A stretch of 64,000 nucleotides of DNA from Haplodiscus bocki (Eukaryota): positions 92,504,001 through 92,568,000 of the forward strand of contig OZ296651.1 in NCBI GenBank assembly GCA_965655095.1. Reading direction: 5' to 3'. The notes beneath the pieces are model-generated. The model was given only the letters and a program-made list of their open reading frames with translations, was not told the DNA's origin and searched no databases. Of this stretch, positions 23,130 through 34,559 are shown piece by piece (within the stretch, counting starts at the first letter, position 1; every line of letters starts with the position of its first letter). Both the position numbers and the translations under genes were made by a program.

Positions 23130-23820
23130 ATGGCCCAAATCGGCAGCTCCCACAGGCTCCAAATACTCATAGGATATGTATATTAGGACATTTTTTGGGT
23201 TAAAATCTAAAAAAAGAACGGATTATGCTGGGATTTCGACCCGCTACCCAATCGATTCAATGGATTTTTTCTTGACTAGTTAAATCTTTGGTATATATTC
23301 CGGTATAAAATTTAAAAACTTTTTGATATAAAATGTATAAAAACATATTTTACGCTGAGGTTCAAGCCCGCAGGCTCTCGATTCGGTAGATCTTAAAGGG
23401 GCAATCAAGAAAAATTTTGCAACGACGGTTTTGGCATATAATTTGTTTTAAAAAATCTCTGAAGTAAAGTCTAAAATTCCGCTCGCAGCCAGGACCTGTG
23501 GATCTGGAACTCATCTGTCCAACCCACTGGGCTATCTAAATTGAAATATATAGCCTATAGTAGGGTTCCAACGCGCAATCTGTGGCTCCGGAACCTGTCA
23601 TACAGACTTGGCCTCACAATATATATAAGAATTTAGCCTATACTTGGGTTCGAACCCGCAACTTATGACGTCAGATCCCTTTTGTAGTAGCCACTAGACA
23701 ACGGAGATACAGCATAATCTCTAGGCAAACTCTAAATTGGATCGATTCAAAGTGAGCTCTGTTGTTGTACAAAAAACTGTAGAAGTCGGCATCTTCATTT
23801 CATGAAGCCACCACTAAAAA
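23130..23820 (+). mobile_element. Family-A-like element containing several degenerate antisense tRNA-like units
   Basis: Start resembles family A (ccaaatcggc..aggctccaaatactca) and it ends in an agtcggc..actaaaaa-type terminus. Internal gggttcgaacccgc...ccactagac units. Confidence 0.45.
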
Positions 23821-25648
23821 ATACACAACACGAAAATCGGCCCGACTTAAACTCTTCTATTTATTGCAAGCTTTCAGGAAAATCTTGGTTGAAAACAGGA
23901 GATTTTTTTGAAAAAACGATTTTCTGAACTGAGGATTTTTCAGGTAGAAAATATTTGTGATAACTGATACTTCATCAGAGAAAATTTTCCCTCGCTTGTA
24001 AAAACGGGAAAATGAACAGAAGCCTGCCAAAAAGAGACCGTTTACACTAGCTGACTAGACTCTCTGACGACATCAAAAAATGCAAGCTCGGCCTTCGGTT
24101 CAAATATTAAAAAGAAGAAAAATCAATCAATATGTGACAAAATATTGTGCATCAAACACAAAATTGATTCGACACAGAGGCGAAGCTGTGCTTCGCAAAC
24201 ACTACCAAGAAAGACTACACAACAATGTTAAACACAAATACACAAGCTCGAATCACATGAATGTCTTCAAAAAATCTATCTAACCACAGGCAACTAATGC
24301 TATCTTTAATTTTTCCCCCGAAGCGTTTTCGCGAAAAACGCTGGCGGATAATTGAGGCGGCGGTCACCCGAGAGCTTGCCAGAGTTGGATTATGTTACTT
24401 CTGACAATAAGCCACCAAAAGCCTATATTGACTAAGCGGACTATCGAATTTGGCGGTTATTTTTACAGCAGCAAAGTGAATTGGCAAAAGTTTCGGGTAT
24501 TCGACTAGCGGATAATTGAGGGTAACGTTTAATCGAGAGCCGACCCGACCTCGAGAGCCGAACAGTAAATCGCCAAAAACTAAATATATCGTGAAAAGCA
24601 GATAATTGAATCTGGCGGTTATCTACAGCAAAAAGCGAGTTGCTAGATATACGAGGCACTCGCCTAATTATCGACTTTAGCCAAACTGGAAAAGACATAA
24701 TGATAGATTTTGAACATTTTGACCATCGCATTGCTATTCCGACTACCCTTATATGCATTTAGCAGAACAAGTAAATATTAAAGCGAGTTGTTAACGTGCA
24801 GACAAAAAACTTCAATCGTGATAAGCTGGCGTTGCCACTTTAAAATGTAACGGAGAAATAATATTGCCCCAGAACTTTTTAATGTTGGCCTATAAGTCCC
24901 CGTTTTGTCCGCCAATTAATATGCATGTACATATACGAAGGCAGGAGTCATTTCAACAGTCTCAGTAGTTACAAGTTAGGTTAGCTGAAGTGAACGAACG
25001 CAGCTATATTCGGTCTGGAAAAAAAAGGTCAGCGTCGTACCTATAATATCTTTCGCTTGAAGCTTTGATATATAAAAATCAGGTGATCATTGTGGTTCTT
25101 GAAAAGATGATTAAAGTATGGGTTAAATCATGTGACTTTTCAAAATTCCAGTTTGATTCATTTTGAAAACTTCTGAAAAAAACCAAAGGTAGTATGTCGT
25201 TAGAAAAATTACGAAAGCGAGCTGAGGTTAAACGAGGGGCTCTTTGCTCAAAACTTTGACATCTCTGAGCCTCCAAATTACTTAGCTGTTACTAAACTAT
25301 TTTAGCATCGACAATTACGTGTCAAATCATGCTAGTGCAAATTTAATTCCAAAAAAAATAAATGGACCAATCGAGTCATGTATTGGCCACCTCAGACGTC
25401 AATTGATGACAAACTCGTAAAGAGGAAAAATTCAATTATCTTACCAATAAACCAATCACTACGCGATTTGGTTGGAAAAGTTATACAGAGTGACCGTTAC
25501 ACAAATAATCAATGAAATTTATGTAAATGTACGTGTGAATGGGCTCGGTGTGGCTTACAAATTGCTAAGTTTCCGAAGTGTCTCATGGGTTGTCGTTTAT
25601 AGAGGGAATTGCGTGTAGTTTTTTTCATTAGGAACGATCACCAAGACC

Positions 25649-26140
25649 AACAAGCCGAGAACGGCCAAGTCGGCGCCGCCCGTAAAGTTCAAAATAGTCG
25701 TAGGACGGCAGCCTTTGATGTTTGAAAACTTTCATTTCTTTGGAAAATTTTTTACAAGAATTACCTATAACGAAAAAAACAAACGATGGGGCGTTTCCCA
25801 AAAAATTTGTAATTTTTTCAAAAAAATTATTGGATTACCCATATCGGGGGTTTCAGGAAAGCTTTTGGAATTTCCTCTTCCAAAAGTCTTTGACGAAACT
25901 ATCTCATAAGTTTTGACATATACCTCTGCGGAAAAATCTCAATTTTCGTCTAACCTTTTCTGAAGGTGGCTGGATTGGTCTACTGATTAAAATATGTATG
26001 GTACTTATTCTGTAGGTAGTGTGGGTAAAAATATACAGGGATAGTAGAAACGTCTTAAACAGAGTGATGTCTGGCATCTTAAAAAACAAAGCACTACAAT
26101 AGTCGGCCTTTTCAGCAATAACTAAAGAACCGGCTAATAA
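25649..26140 (+). mobile_element. Non-autonomous AACAAG...hairpin element, family A
   Basis: aacaagccgagaacggccaagtcggcgccgcccgtaaag start. Ends agtcggcc...ccggctaataa. Confidence 0.55.
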
Positions 26141-26158
26141 AAATAGAGAATTGCTAAC

Positions 26159-26311
26159 TTGTAATCAGCCGGTGGTATGTAGCTTGGATTGAGAGCTTTC
26201 ATTTTCAAGACCATTTCATGCCTTTGGTCTTCCAGTCTCTTCCGTGTTCGATATTCGCGCGTGTTCAGCCTCTTGCCGTGATTGTCATATGTCGGCTCCG
26301 GCGAGGGCGAC
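26159..26311 (-). CDS. SF1: SF1 exon (SPSP motif and helix hairpin)
   Basis: RSPSPEPTYDNHGKRLNTREYRTRKRLEDQRHEMVLKMKALNPSYIPPADY. Acceptor ttttag, donor gttagc, 153 nt. Confidence 0.96.
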
Positions 26312-26920
26312 CTAAAAAGTCACCAGGTTAACTCCTCTGCCAAACCTAGCATCCCAGTTCACCTAACATGATTTAAATAAGTTCGGAATAATTTGGGCTG
26401 AAAAGAAGAATTTTGTGAAAGCACTACCACCCTGAAAAACTTTCAATCAAAATTTTAGATAAAGCTATAAAAGTTAATTTTTCCAATTCGTGCTGTAAAT
26501 GAGACATGTGAAAGTTTCAGGGCTAATTTTGAAAATCTTCAGCTGAAAAAAAATAGTGACAGTTAAAATCAGTTTTTGCATCGTGATGGGGCATTATGTG
26601 AGGTATACGGATCAATAATTACAATCCCTTCTCTTCTAATCTAAAAAGTAGGAAAGTTAATGAAAAACCAAACCGATACTGAGAAACTAATTTGTCGAAA
26701 ATGAACAGTCATCAGTCAAGTCAGCTGAAATAAATTGACCATTATTTGTAAACAACTTGACGTGTGAAATCTCAATAACGCCAAATTTCGTTCATGCTTC
26801 CTTCAATTCGATCTTGCTTGCGACGTCACGACTGCTGATCAACCAATAGGAGAGTATTCAGTCACGAAGGTTGCGCTAGAGTAAAGATACATCAATGAAT
26901 GAGGTGAGTGAAGATCAGAC

Positions 26921-26996
26921 CTGTCAGCAGGATTGGGCGGAATTCCTAAATCTCCGGATCTGAGTTTGCGGCTAATGTCTTCAATTTGAAGTTGTA
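26921..26996 (-). CDS. SF1: SF1 exon
   Basis: IQLQIEDISRKLRSGDLGIPPNPAD. Acceptor ttttag, donor gtctga, phase 1 to 2. Confidence 0.96.
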
Positions 26997-27551
26997 CTAA
27001 AATTAACAGATTAACCCATAATATAATTACAAAAAGGACTCAACACTTCAGGACGATTGAAAATGTAAGCTTCTCTAAAAACCGAAATTGTCAGATTTTA
27101 ACCGATAGAACATTTGAAGGTCCTGAAAAAGTAAATCTGCTTCAAGTTATATTCCTGGCAAACACAGGATAAAATTGAAAACTAACCTTGATTGTGCTTT
27201 TCGACAAAAAACTGAAAATTTCTATCGTTTTTTTTCACAAAATGTTTCTGCGATGTGTTCAATAGGCTCGACTAATTTGATGAAGTTTATATCTTTTAAC
27301 GCTTCCATTTTCTTCCATCGTTTTATTTGTATTGAAAATTTTTCCACTCAATAAATTACCTGGGAAATATGTTGCATATTGTCCTTGAAATCTTTGGAAT
27401 CTCACAACAAAACCCAAAAACATGGAAACATGCATGATTTTCCAATTTAACCTCAAAATTTCGAATTCGCAAGAAAATAAATACTTGGTATCGACTATAA
27501 TGAATTACTTACTAATCGATATTTTCAAAATTAAAGACAAATATTACTAAC

Positions 27552-27749
27552 TCAGATATGCCTCTTGCTGCTCCTTGGAGAGGTTGGCAGGCATAATAGT
27601 TGACAGCCCCGGGATGACAGTTTTCAATTCTTGCTCGTTGCTCCATCTCGACTTCTTTTTTCTAGGGGCCATCCCCCCTCCTCCCATAAAACTGGGACCT
27701 CCTGAATCACCAGTCTTCTTGGCCATTATCTCTTGCAATTTCGTGGCAG
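27552..27749 (-). CDS. SF1: SF1 exon with U2AF-ligand motif
   Basis: RKKKSRW (ULM) then KTVIPGLSTIMPANLSKEQQEAYL. Acceptor gtttag, donor gttagt, 198 nt, phase 1-1. Confidence 0.95.
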
Positions 27750-28297
27750 CTAAACACACATCAAAAATTTTAGGATGAACTGTTTCTTTTCGGCGTATGA
27801 ACGGATGCAGTTTTTCACCCTTCTTAGTTTAATCAACAACCGTGTACTTGCTCTGGAACCAACTATTTCGTCTATTGCAACTATGAAAGCGGTGGTCACG
27901 ACTTAGATTGAAAGACCTGAGATGTTTCTTAGATCAAACATAAAATTGGAAATGAAATTGAGACTTTGGAAACCATGATTCATTTCTTCGTATTTAATTA
28001 AATTTTCCTCAGGAACAGATTGTAGCTTTAAAAGAATAATTTTTGAAAATCCGTGCTAATAAAATGGTTTAAGAAATATGCATCATCCAAAATTATTTAA
28101 TATTTAGGTGCTATTTTTTCACTATTCACCGAAATTATGGATTATAAAAAATATATCCGAAAATTCACGGTCATTTCATTTGAACTAATTTCTTAGAAAT
28201 GTATGAAGTAACAAAAATGAATCAGTTGTAACGTAATTACGGCAAGTAATCAAACTTGGGATAAAATTAAAATTACAATGAACTCGAAGATACGGAC

Positions 28298-28340
28298 CTT
28301 CCTCGGCAGCTCGTTTGTTTGCCATTGGACTGCAATTCAT
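28298..28340 (-). CDS. SF1: Probable first coding exon of SF1 (MNCSPMANKRAAEE)
   Basis: ATG lies 6 nt after a tttcag acceptor. Donor gtccgt gives phase 1, matching the next exon. Confidence 0.6.
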
Positions 28341-30036
28341 AATTATCTGAAATTTTCATTTCCAGTATAATGCAGTACTGATTTTAATTAAGCCAATGCC
28401 TGAGCAAAAATTGAGCAACCTTGGAGCTTATTTCCTCCAAGCACAATGATTTCACAAGGATGCAGAAAAGGTTTCGTAGATTTTTCATAAGATTTTATTG
28501 GTGTTTTTTGTTTTGAATCAAATATTCGCAAGAATCTCAAACTACAGAAAAATACAGGAAAATGCTTCGGTACAATTTTGTAGCTTTCAATCTTTTACAA
28601 ACCTTTTGACTTTTACAATTTCTTGAAAAACGAAGATTTAGAAAAATTACGCTACTTAACTACGTGAATTCTCTATACATTAAACATTAAGTACATAAAA
28701 AGGTTTATCTTTTTCAAGGTTCAAATATCAGAAAATTGTTAAAAGCAAAAAATTTCAACAGATGCAAAGCTGTAAAACACTTCATACTGTTCGTTTTTCT
28801 ACCTTTTCTGAGTGCTGAGATTTTGAATTTTAAATGAATGGATTACAAGACAACACAATCTTGGAAGAACGAGCTTTTTCAACGAAAGTGAAATTTGGGT
28901 CAAATTTGCCTCCAAGACAATGATATATCATAGTTTAGGGTAGATTCTATTGTTTCATTTGAGCCCATCAAATCTCTATTATTCATCCATAATTAAGTCA
29001 AAATGTGCAAAAGATGCAAGGATGACAAAAAATTCCCAAAATTGGCTTTCTGAAATTCTAGAATTTCCATCCAATTTTGATGAAACGAACACCTCTGTGA
29101 TCTTATCTAAATTCTTAAAAAACTTTTGTTTCCATGACTTTTCTCTAAGCCTCTCCATAGTTTTTGAGATTTTGAGCTTCAAAAGCGTCAATTTTTACTG
29201 ATGAGTTCACATAATTAAACTCACTACTGTAGTTTTTATTTTAGTGATAATTCATCAGTAAAATCTTTCATCCATAATGATATGTTTCTCATTGATTTTC
29301 AATTACCATACTAGACCAAACGTATCATGCTTTCAGAAAGCACTACGTTTGTTTTTCGCCTTATTTCACTAAGCATTGGAGAAAAATTCTGAATAAATAC
29401 AACCAAAACATCATTAACGATTATTGTGTCCATGCTATGATGTACATCTATAATTTACAACATCAAAGGATGCAATATTACTCAGTTTGAAAACATTCCT
29501 TTATGTAGTACAGTACGAAAATATTATCTGTGTGGAAAGCAAGCCGTGCTTGGAAATGAAAAACACTAGCAGAAAATACAAGTTACTCAGTGGAAGCATT
29601 TCATTGAAAATGTCTCATTGGTGGCCTATTAAAACGCATTTGTAACCCGAAATTGTGTGCATAAATTTTGTCCAAATAAGGTGCTATCCATGACAATTTT
29701 TGAAATGAATAACATCAACACAGAAGCGAAGCGGAACTGTCAACACATTCTGACTTGTCAATTGAGGTCAAAGATAAAGTTTACAAATCAAAGGTCCCGA
29801 GATACATTTGAACCTTGATTGGATAAATGATTGACACTTTTAGAAATAGAAATACTACAACAGATGTCTGTCAAAAGGTTGTTCCAAAAAATAGAAATGA
29901 AACAAAATGTCACAATGTCTGATACTCGAAAAGTCGATCTCCCAATTATGTCTTTTTAGAATCGCTATTTCGCGGCCCAATGTTTGAAAGACTTACGCAG
30001 TAAACAACGCCAAAAAATGAACCATAATAGGTGTCC

Positions 30037-30333
30037 CGTTACATGTTATAATTCTGAGCTCCCAAAATGGTTAACAATAGTAAAGGAGAATAGGAGTTTA
30101 AAAAATTTTGAAATTGTTTTGACGTCTTGTTGACCAATATTGACCATTTTGAGAGTTGAATTTTTTTTACATTTAACGTGTCCCAAAGAAACGTTAAATG
30201 TAAATAAATTTAAATCTCAAAATGGCCAATATTGGTCAACAAGACGTCAAAACAATTTCGAAAATTTTTTAAAATCATCATCTCGTTTACTAATATTAAC
30301 CATTTTGGGAACTCAGAATTTTAACATGTAACG
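30037..30333. mobile_element. 297-bp fold-back (MITE-like) palindromic element
   Basis: cgttacatgttataattctgagctcccaaaatggttaa... is mirrored by ...ttaaccattttgggaactcagaattttaacatgtaacg. Arms ~140 bp with a short loop near 30185. Confidence 0.85.
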
Positions 30334-31924
30334 TTTTTTGGGTAAACTTGATACACTACCCACTCTCATAATCAAAAGTATGTAATCTGAAACCTTTTAG
30401 AACGCTGTTGTTCATCTTTCAGATTTATGTTCAAAAAATTTGTACTTTTCAGAACGCCAAAATAAACAAGTACCTGCTAAAGTTTCGAAATCAACCATTT
30501 TCGACCTTTTACACTAGACAATCAAAATGACATCAAAATGCAAGTTTTGGACGCGGTAAAAAACTAAGCATAAGCCGGTTTTCAGTACACATTCTACCCG
30601 TCAGTCAGAGAATGTGTAAAAACTACCAGGAAACTGAAACCCAGCTCCGCTCAATTGAAACAATAGTGACGAACTAGAAATTTGTTACTAACTGAGCACA
30701 ATTAATCGGCAAATGTCACCAAAAACGAAGCGGTTAAGAAGCTACAACCACTTTCTTGATAAGGTCTTCAATTGCGGAAGTTGTGATCAAACGTAGAGGG
30801 CCTAAGACTACTTAGTAGCAGATCAATATTAATTCGTCGTCTTAGAATTTACACAAGCTGAAAACAGCGAAGAGCTATTGTAATTTGGGGTTGTGCGAAG
30901 AGCAAATGTATCTGTTTACTTTTGCTTCGGTTTTTCAGATGATACAATTTTTTTTAGTTTTGACAAGTGTTAGGGGTGGTTCCCTTTAGTAAATTTTGGG
31001 ACAACTCTTTTTTAGAGGTAAACCTATGTTATTTTGAAATTCTGGGTTATGAGTTGAGGGTTACTTGGAATTTGCCTTTGGGTTTCCGTTACGGACACAC
31101 ATACCAGAGGAGTATCAGCATCTTGTCGAAATTATAAGTACCAAAACAGTAAGACCTCTTTGGCACGTTATCAACACCTGACAAGCTTTAAAGACCGAAA
31201 ATTTTTGGTATTTGTATTTCCGCAAAATTTGTTATATCCAAAAGGTTATAATCATCAAAACTGTTGACATCTGCTCCTCAGAAAAAGTGTTTTTGTTTCG
31301 GACAGGTTTTGGAAAATACAGAGAAAGTGTTTCTTGGAAGGCTTTTGGTACTTTTTTACTGATTGTTAGAACTGAACTGAAACTATAAGGCAGGAGTTAG
31401 CAAAACCAATCGAGGAAGCTTTCAAATATCCGCTTTCGGAAACTTTTTTGAGTGTTTTACGAGTTTTTTTTTCAATCACTTCTCTACCGTCTTTTTTGAA
31501 ACAATTTGAAACACACGAAAATTGTGGGAGAAGAGCATGGGAAGCTAGTTCGTAGAGTTGTCGCAAACTTTTTTCAACAATAACTAACGCCGGGGTGGGT
31601 TCAAACACTTTATTAATGGATTTTGATAATTTTTGAACGATTTTGGTACATTAATAAAGGGGGTATCAAGAAAAAAAATGAACCGGTAGGTCTAAAATTT
31701 TCTTGTAAACGGAAGGAACGTCAGTTTTTATGTATGATAGACTAAAATTAAAAAATGTAGCTATTGCTAGGACTCGAACAATTCATCAGTGGATCTACAA
31801 CCTTTTTGTTCTTCCCACTAGACCATGAGAACAGTTTATGGGCAAGAAACCATTTCTGCTAAAATTGGTAGAATTTCTGCAGTGAGGCTGAAGAAAAAAC
31901 GAAGCACAGTAATAGTCGAGTATT

Positions 31925-32418
31925 TTAATAATTTCCTTCCATATTTATAATATGGAAGGAAAATCATCCACTCAACGCGGCGCGTTTTTTTCAAAGTTTA
32001 CTTTCCATTTGTCCGCACAGAATGTTGTCCAGACGATCCTGAATTTGAAGTTTTTTAATGGCCAAATTATTGCAAATTTGCCCTATAATGTGACTGAATT
32101 GGTAAGATTTCTCAAACTACAAAATTTAGGTTCTTTTGAAAAAATGGCTTTTTTGAAAAATTGAATTTCTTCAAAATCGGTGATAGGATGCAAATTTGCT
32201 GTAGAATGCGTATCAAATGATATTCTTCATTGAAAATTTCCTTTCCGCCTTTATTGTGAAGTTTTTTCGAAAAAAAGATCAGAAAATTTTTAAATTTGGA
32301 AAAATTAGAAAATGTGAAGAGTTTTTTGAAAAAAAAAAAACGTTTTTATCCTTTCAAAAGACATCTTTAACCAAATTGGAGGGCTAAAAATAATGCGATG
32401 ATAGCCTGCCGTATTGTT
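31925..32418 (-). mobile_element. Non-autonomous element family B (ACAAGACGGCC...terminal hairpin)
   Basis: Homologous to 34000-34478, 35832-36245 and 41812-42288. Terminal hairpin ttccttccatat-ttata-atatggaaggaa. Confidence 0.6.
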
Positions 32419-33999
32419 ATATTAAACACCCATTAAAAAGCAGCAAATAGTGATCACGTGACTGAAATCTTGACTAATTTTCAGATACCTTATATCAATC
32501 ACTTCGAATAAAATAAAGTAAAGGTATGCTTTATGTGTCAGGAAGGAATTTCGCCATATTCTAATTTTACCAATCCATTTTTAAACGTACAATTTCACTT
32601 ATTGCTATAAAGGTTACACCTACATCAACAAAATTACACGTTAACATATTAATGATTGTCATTTACTCAAAAAATCAAAATGAAACGGATGCGAGACAAC
32701 ACAGTCGATTTTAGAGTGAGACAAAACCGACGATTTTAAAAACAGAAAAAAGCGCCGATTTTAAAAACGGAAAAAAAGCGCCGATCATAAAGTGAGACAG
32801 AACCACTGGTTTGTAATAATACAGATCGCCAGTTTTTTCAGTCGTTGCGAAAATAAAAGCGTCCTAGTTTAATTATCGATTAAATTAAACTTGGCAATTA
32901 ACTAAACAATTTGCTAATGAAATAGTTCTCCAAAATACCCAAGCCCAAAATTCCCAAAGACAAAAAAGTTTTGACAAAAATTTGAATTTTTGAGTTTCTG
33001 CAAAAGACCAAGATGAAAAATCAGTTCGGCTACGAACAGCAAAGTATAAAATTTCATAATACCACAATCTGCCAAAATAAAATTTCTGTCATCTGCTGAA
33101 ATAACGATGAAACTGAAATACCACAAAAAAATAATACAAAAAACGACCTATTTGAATTTCTGTGGAAGACAGTTTCTTCTGATTTTTTCTTGATACCGCC
33201 GAAAAATTATGAATTTTTTGGTAATGGTGTTCCAGTTTTTCAAAAAATTTGTAGTTATTCAGAGGAGTTCGGTACGCAAAAAAATAGAGGGCGTTATTCG
33301 TCGCAAAAATTGAAATAAATTGATTTAGGTAATGATATTTCAGTTTCAAAGTAATTGGTAATGTAATTGCTAATTATCGACAATTAACTTAAGACGCTTT
33401 TATCAGAGAAACAATTTTAATGGCAGTATATTCTCGTTACAAAATCGGCGTTTTTGTCTCATTATTGAAATTGGCGGTTTTGTCCTGCTCCCAAATGAAA
33501 CAGCTTCCTCATTGCTGCATTTCAATTGCCAACCTCAAAGTTTGAAGACCATATAGTTGCTATCGAAAAAAAGGTCAGGATTACGTTTGAGCTTCCCTGT
33601 TCAGCTGGTCTACCAGGTAGTTAACGCGTTGAATTAGCTTTTAGGGACCACTTGATAATTTTCAAAATGGCAAAGAGAGAAAAGTAGTTTATGATTATTC
33701 ACAAAGACATTTTTTACTGACCCACTTAGTTGAGCGCCCAAAATTTTTGATATTTGTAAAATTTCTGGAGCATGTCAAATTTGCTTTGGGAATGTTTATT
33801 TCGATAAAATAATAGTGAACAGCTTAGCTTTCGATTGTCAAACATCATGATTAAGGTAAATCGAAAATAGTTAATACTTTATAAATATTATTCTAATCGC
33901 CTTCAACTGAAAGAGGCTGATCTATTCGGAATATCACCTTAATTACTATCTCAAACTTACCCTGATACATCTAAAGTATAATTCGCCCACTATTAACGT

Positions 34000-34478
34000 A
34001 TGTAAGAAAAATTATCTTCTCTCTGAGAGCGGTTTTTTAAAGTTTACTTGCCAATCGCACATGAATTTGACTTTGACATTTTTGAGTTTGAAATTTTTCA
34101 ATGAGCAAATAAATTCAAATTTGCCGTAAAAAACGACTGAGGTTTTTCCTAATTAGTACGAAAATAGGTTTTTTTAGTGAGAAAAGTTTTTAGGTAAATA
34201 GGAATTTTTTTGAAAAGATGGGAAAAAATAGCAAATTTGATGTAGAATGCATAAAAAACGTCAGACTTCACTTCATATAAACGCATTTATTTCGCCCGAA
34301 ACTTCAGCTTTTTTGAAAAATCTGAAAGAAAAAATATAAATGGGAGAAAGTAACAAATTTGTGTAAAAATGCAAAGAATGCATATATAACTTTTTTCATT
34401 AAAAACAACACTTTCTTCTAAAAAGCATCCTCAACAGATTGAGGGGGAAATATGCCGGCGTTGTCTGGCCGTCTTGTT
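34000..34478 (-). mobile_element. Family B element, diverged copy
   Basis: Ends ggccgtcttgtt. Internal gcaaatttg.tgtagaatgc is shared with the other copies. Confidence 0.55.
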
Positions 34479-34559
34479 GCTTACTGTAAAAAATCAATTC
34501 TCTCATCTAGTAATTAAAATCACAATAACTAATAAATAATAAGACGAAGAAACGAAGTC

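Noticed and set aside
33955-33970. ATG-containing micro-exon (MYQG) as the SF1 start
   Set aside because: It has a good donor but is out of phase if spliced to the 28346 exon, and there is no homology support. Kept only as a possible UTR donor.
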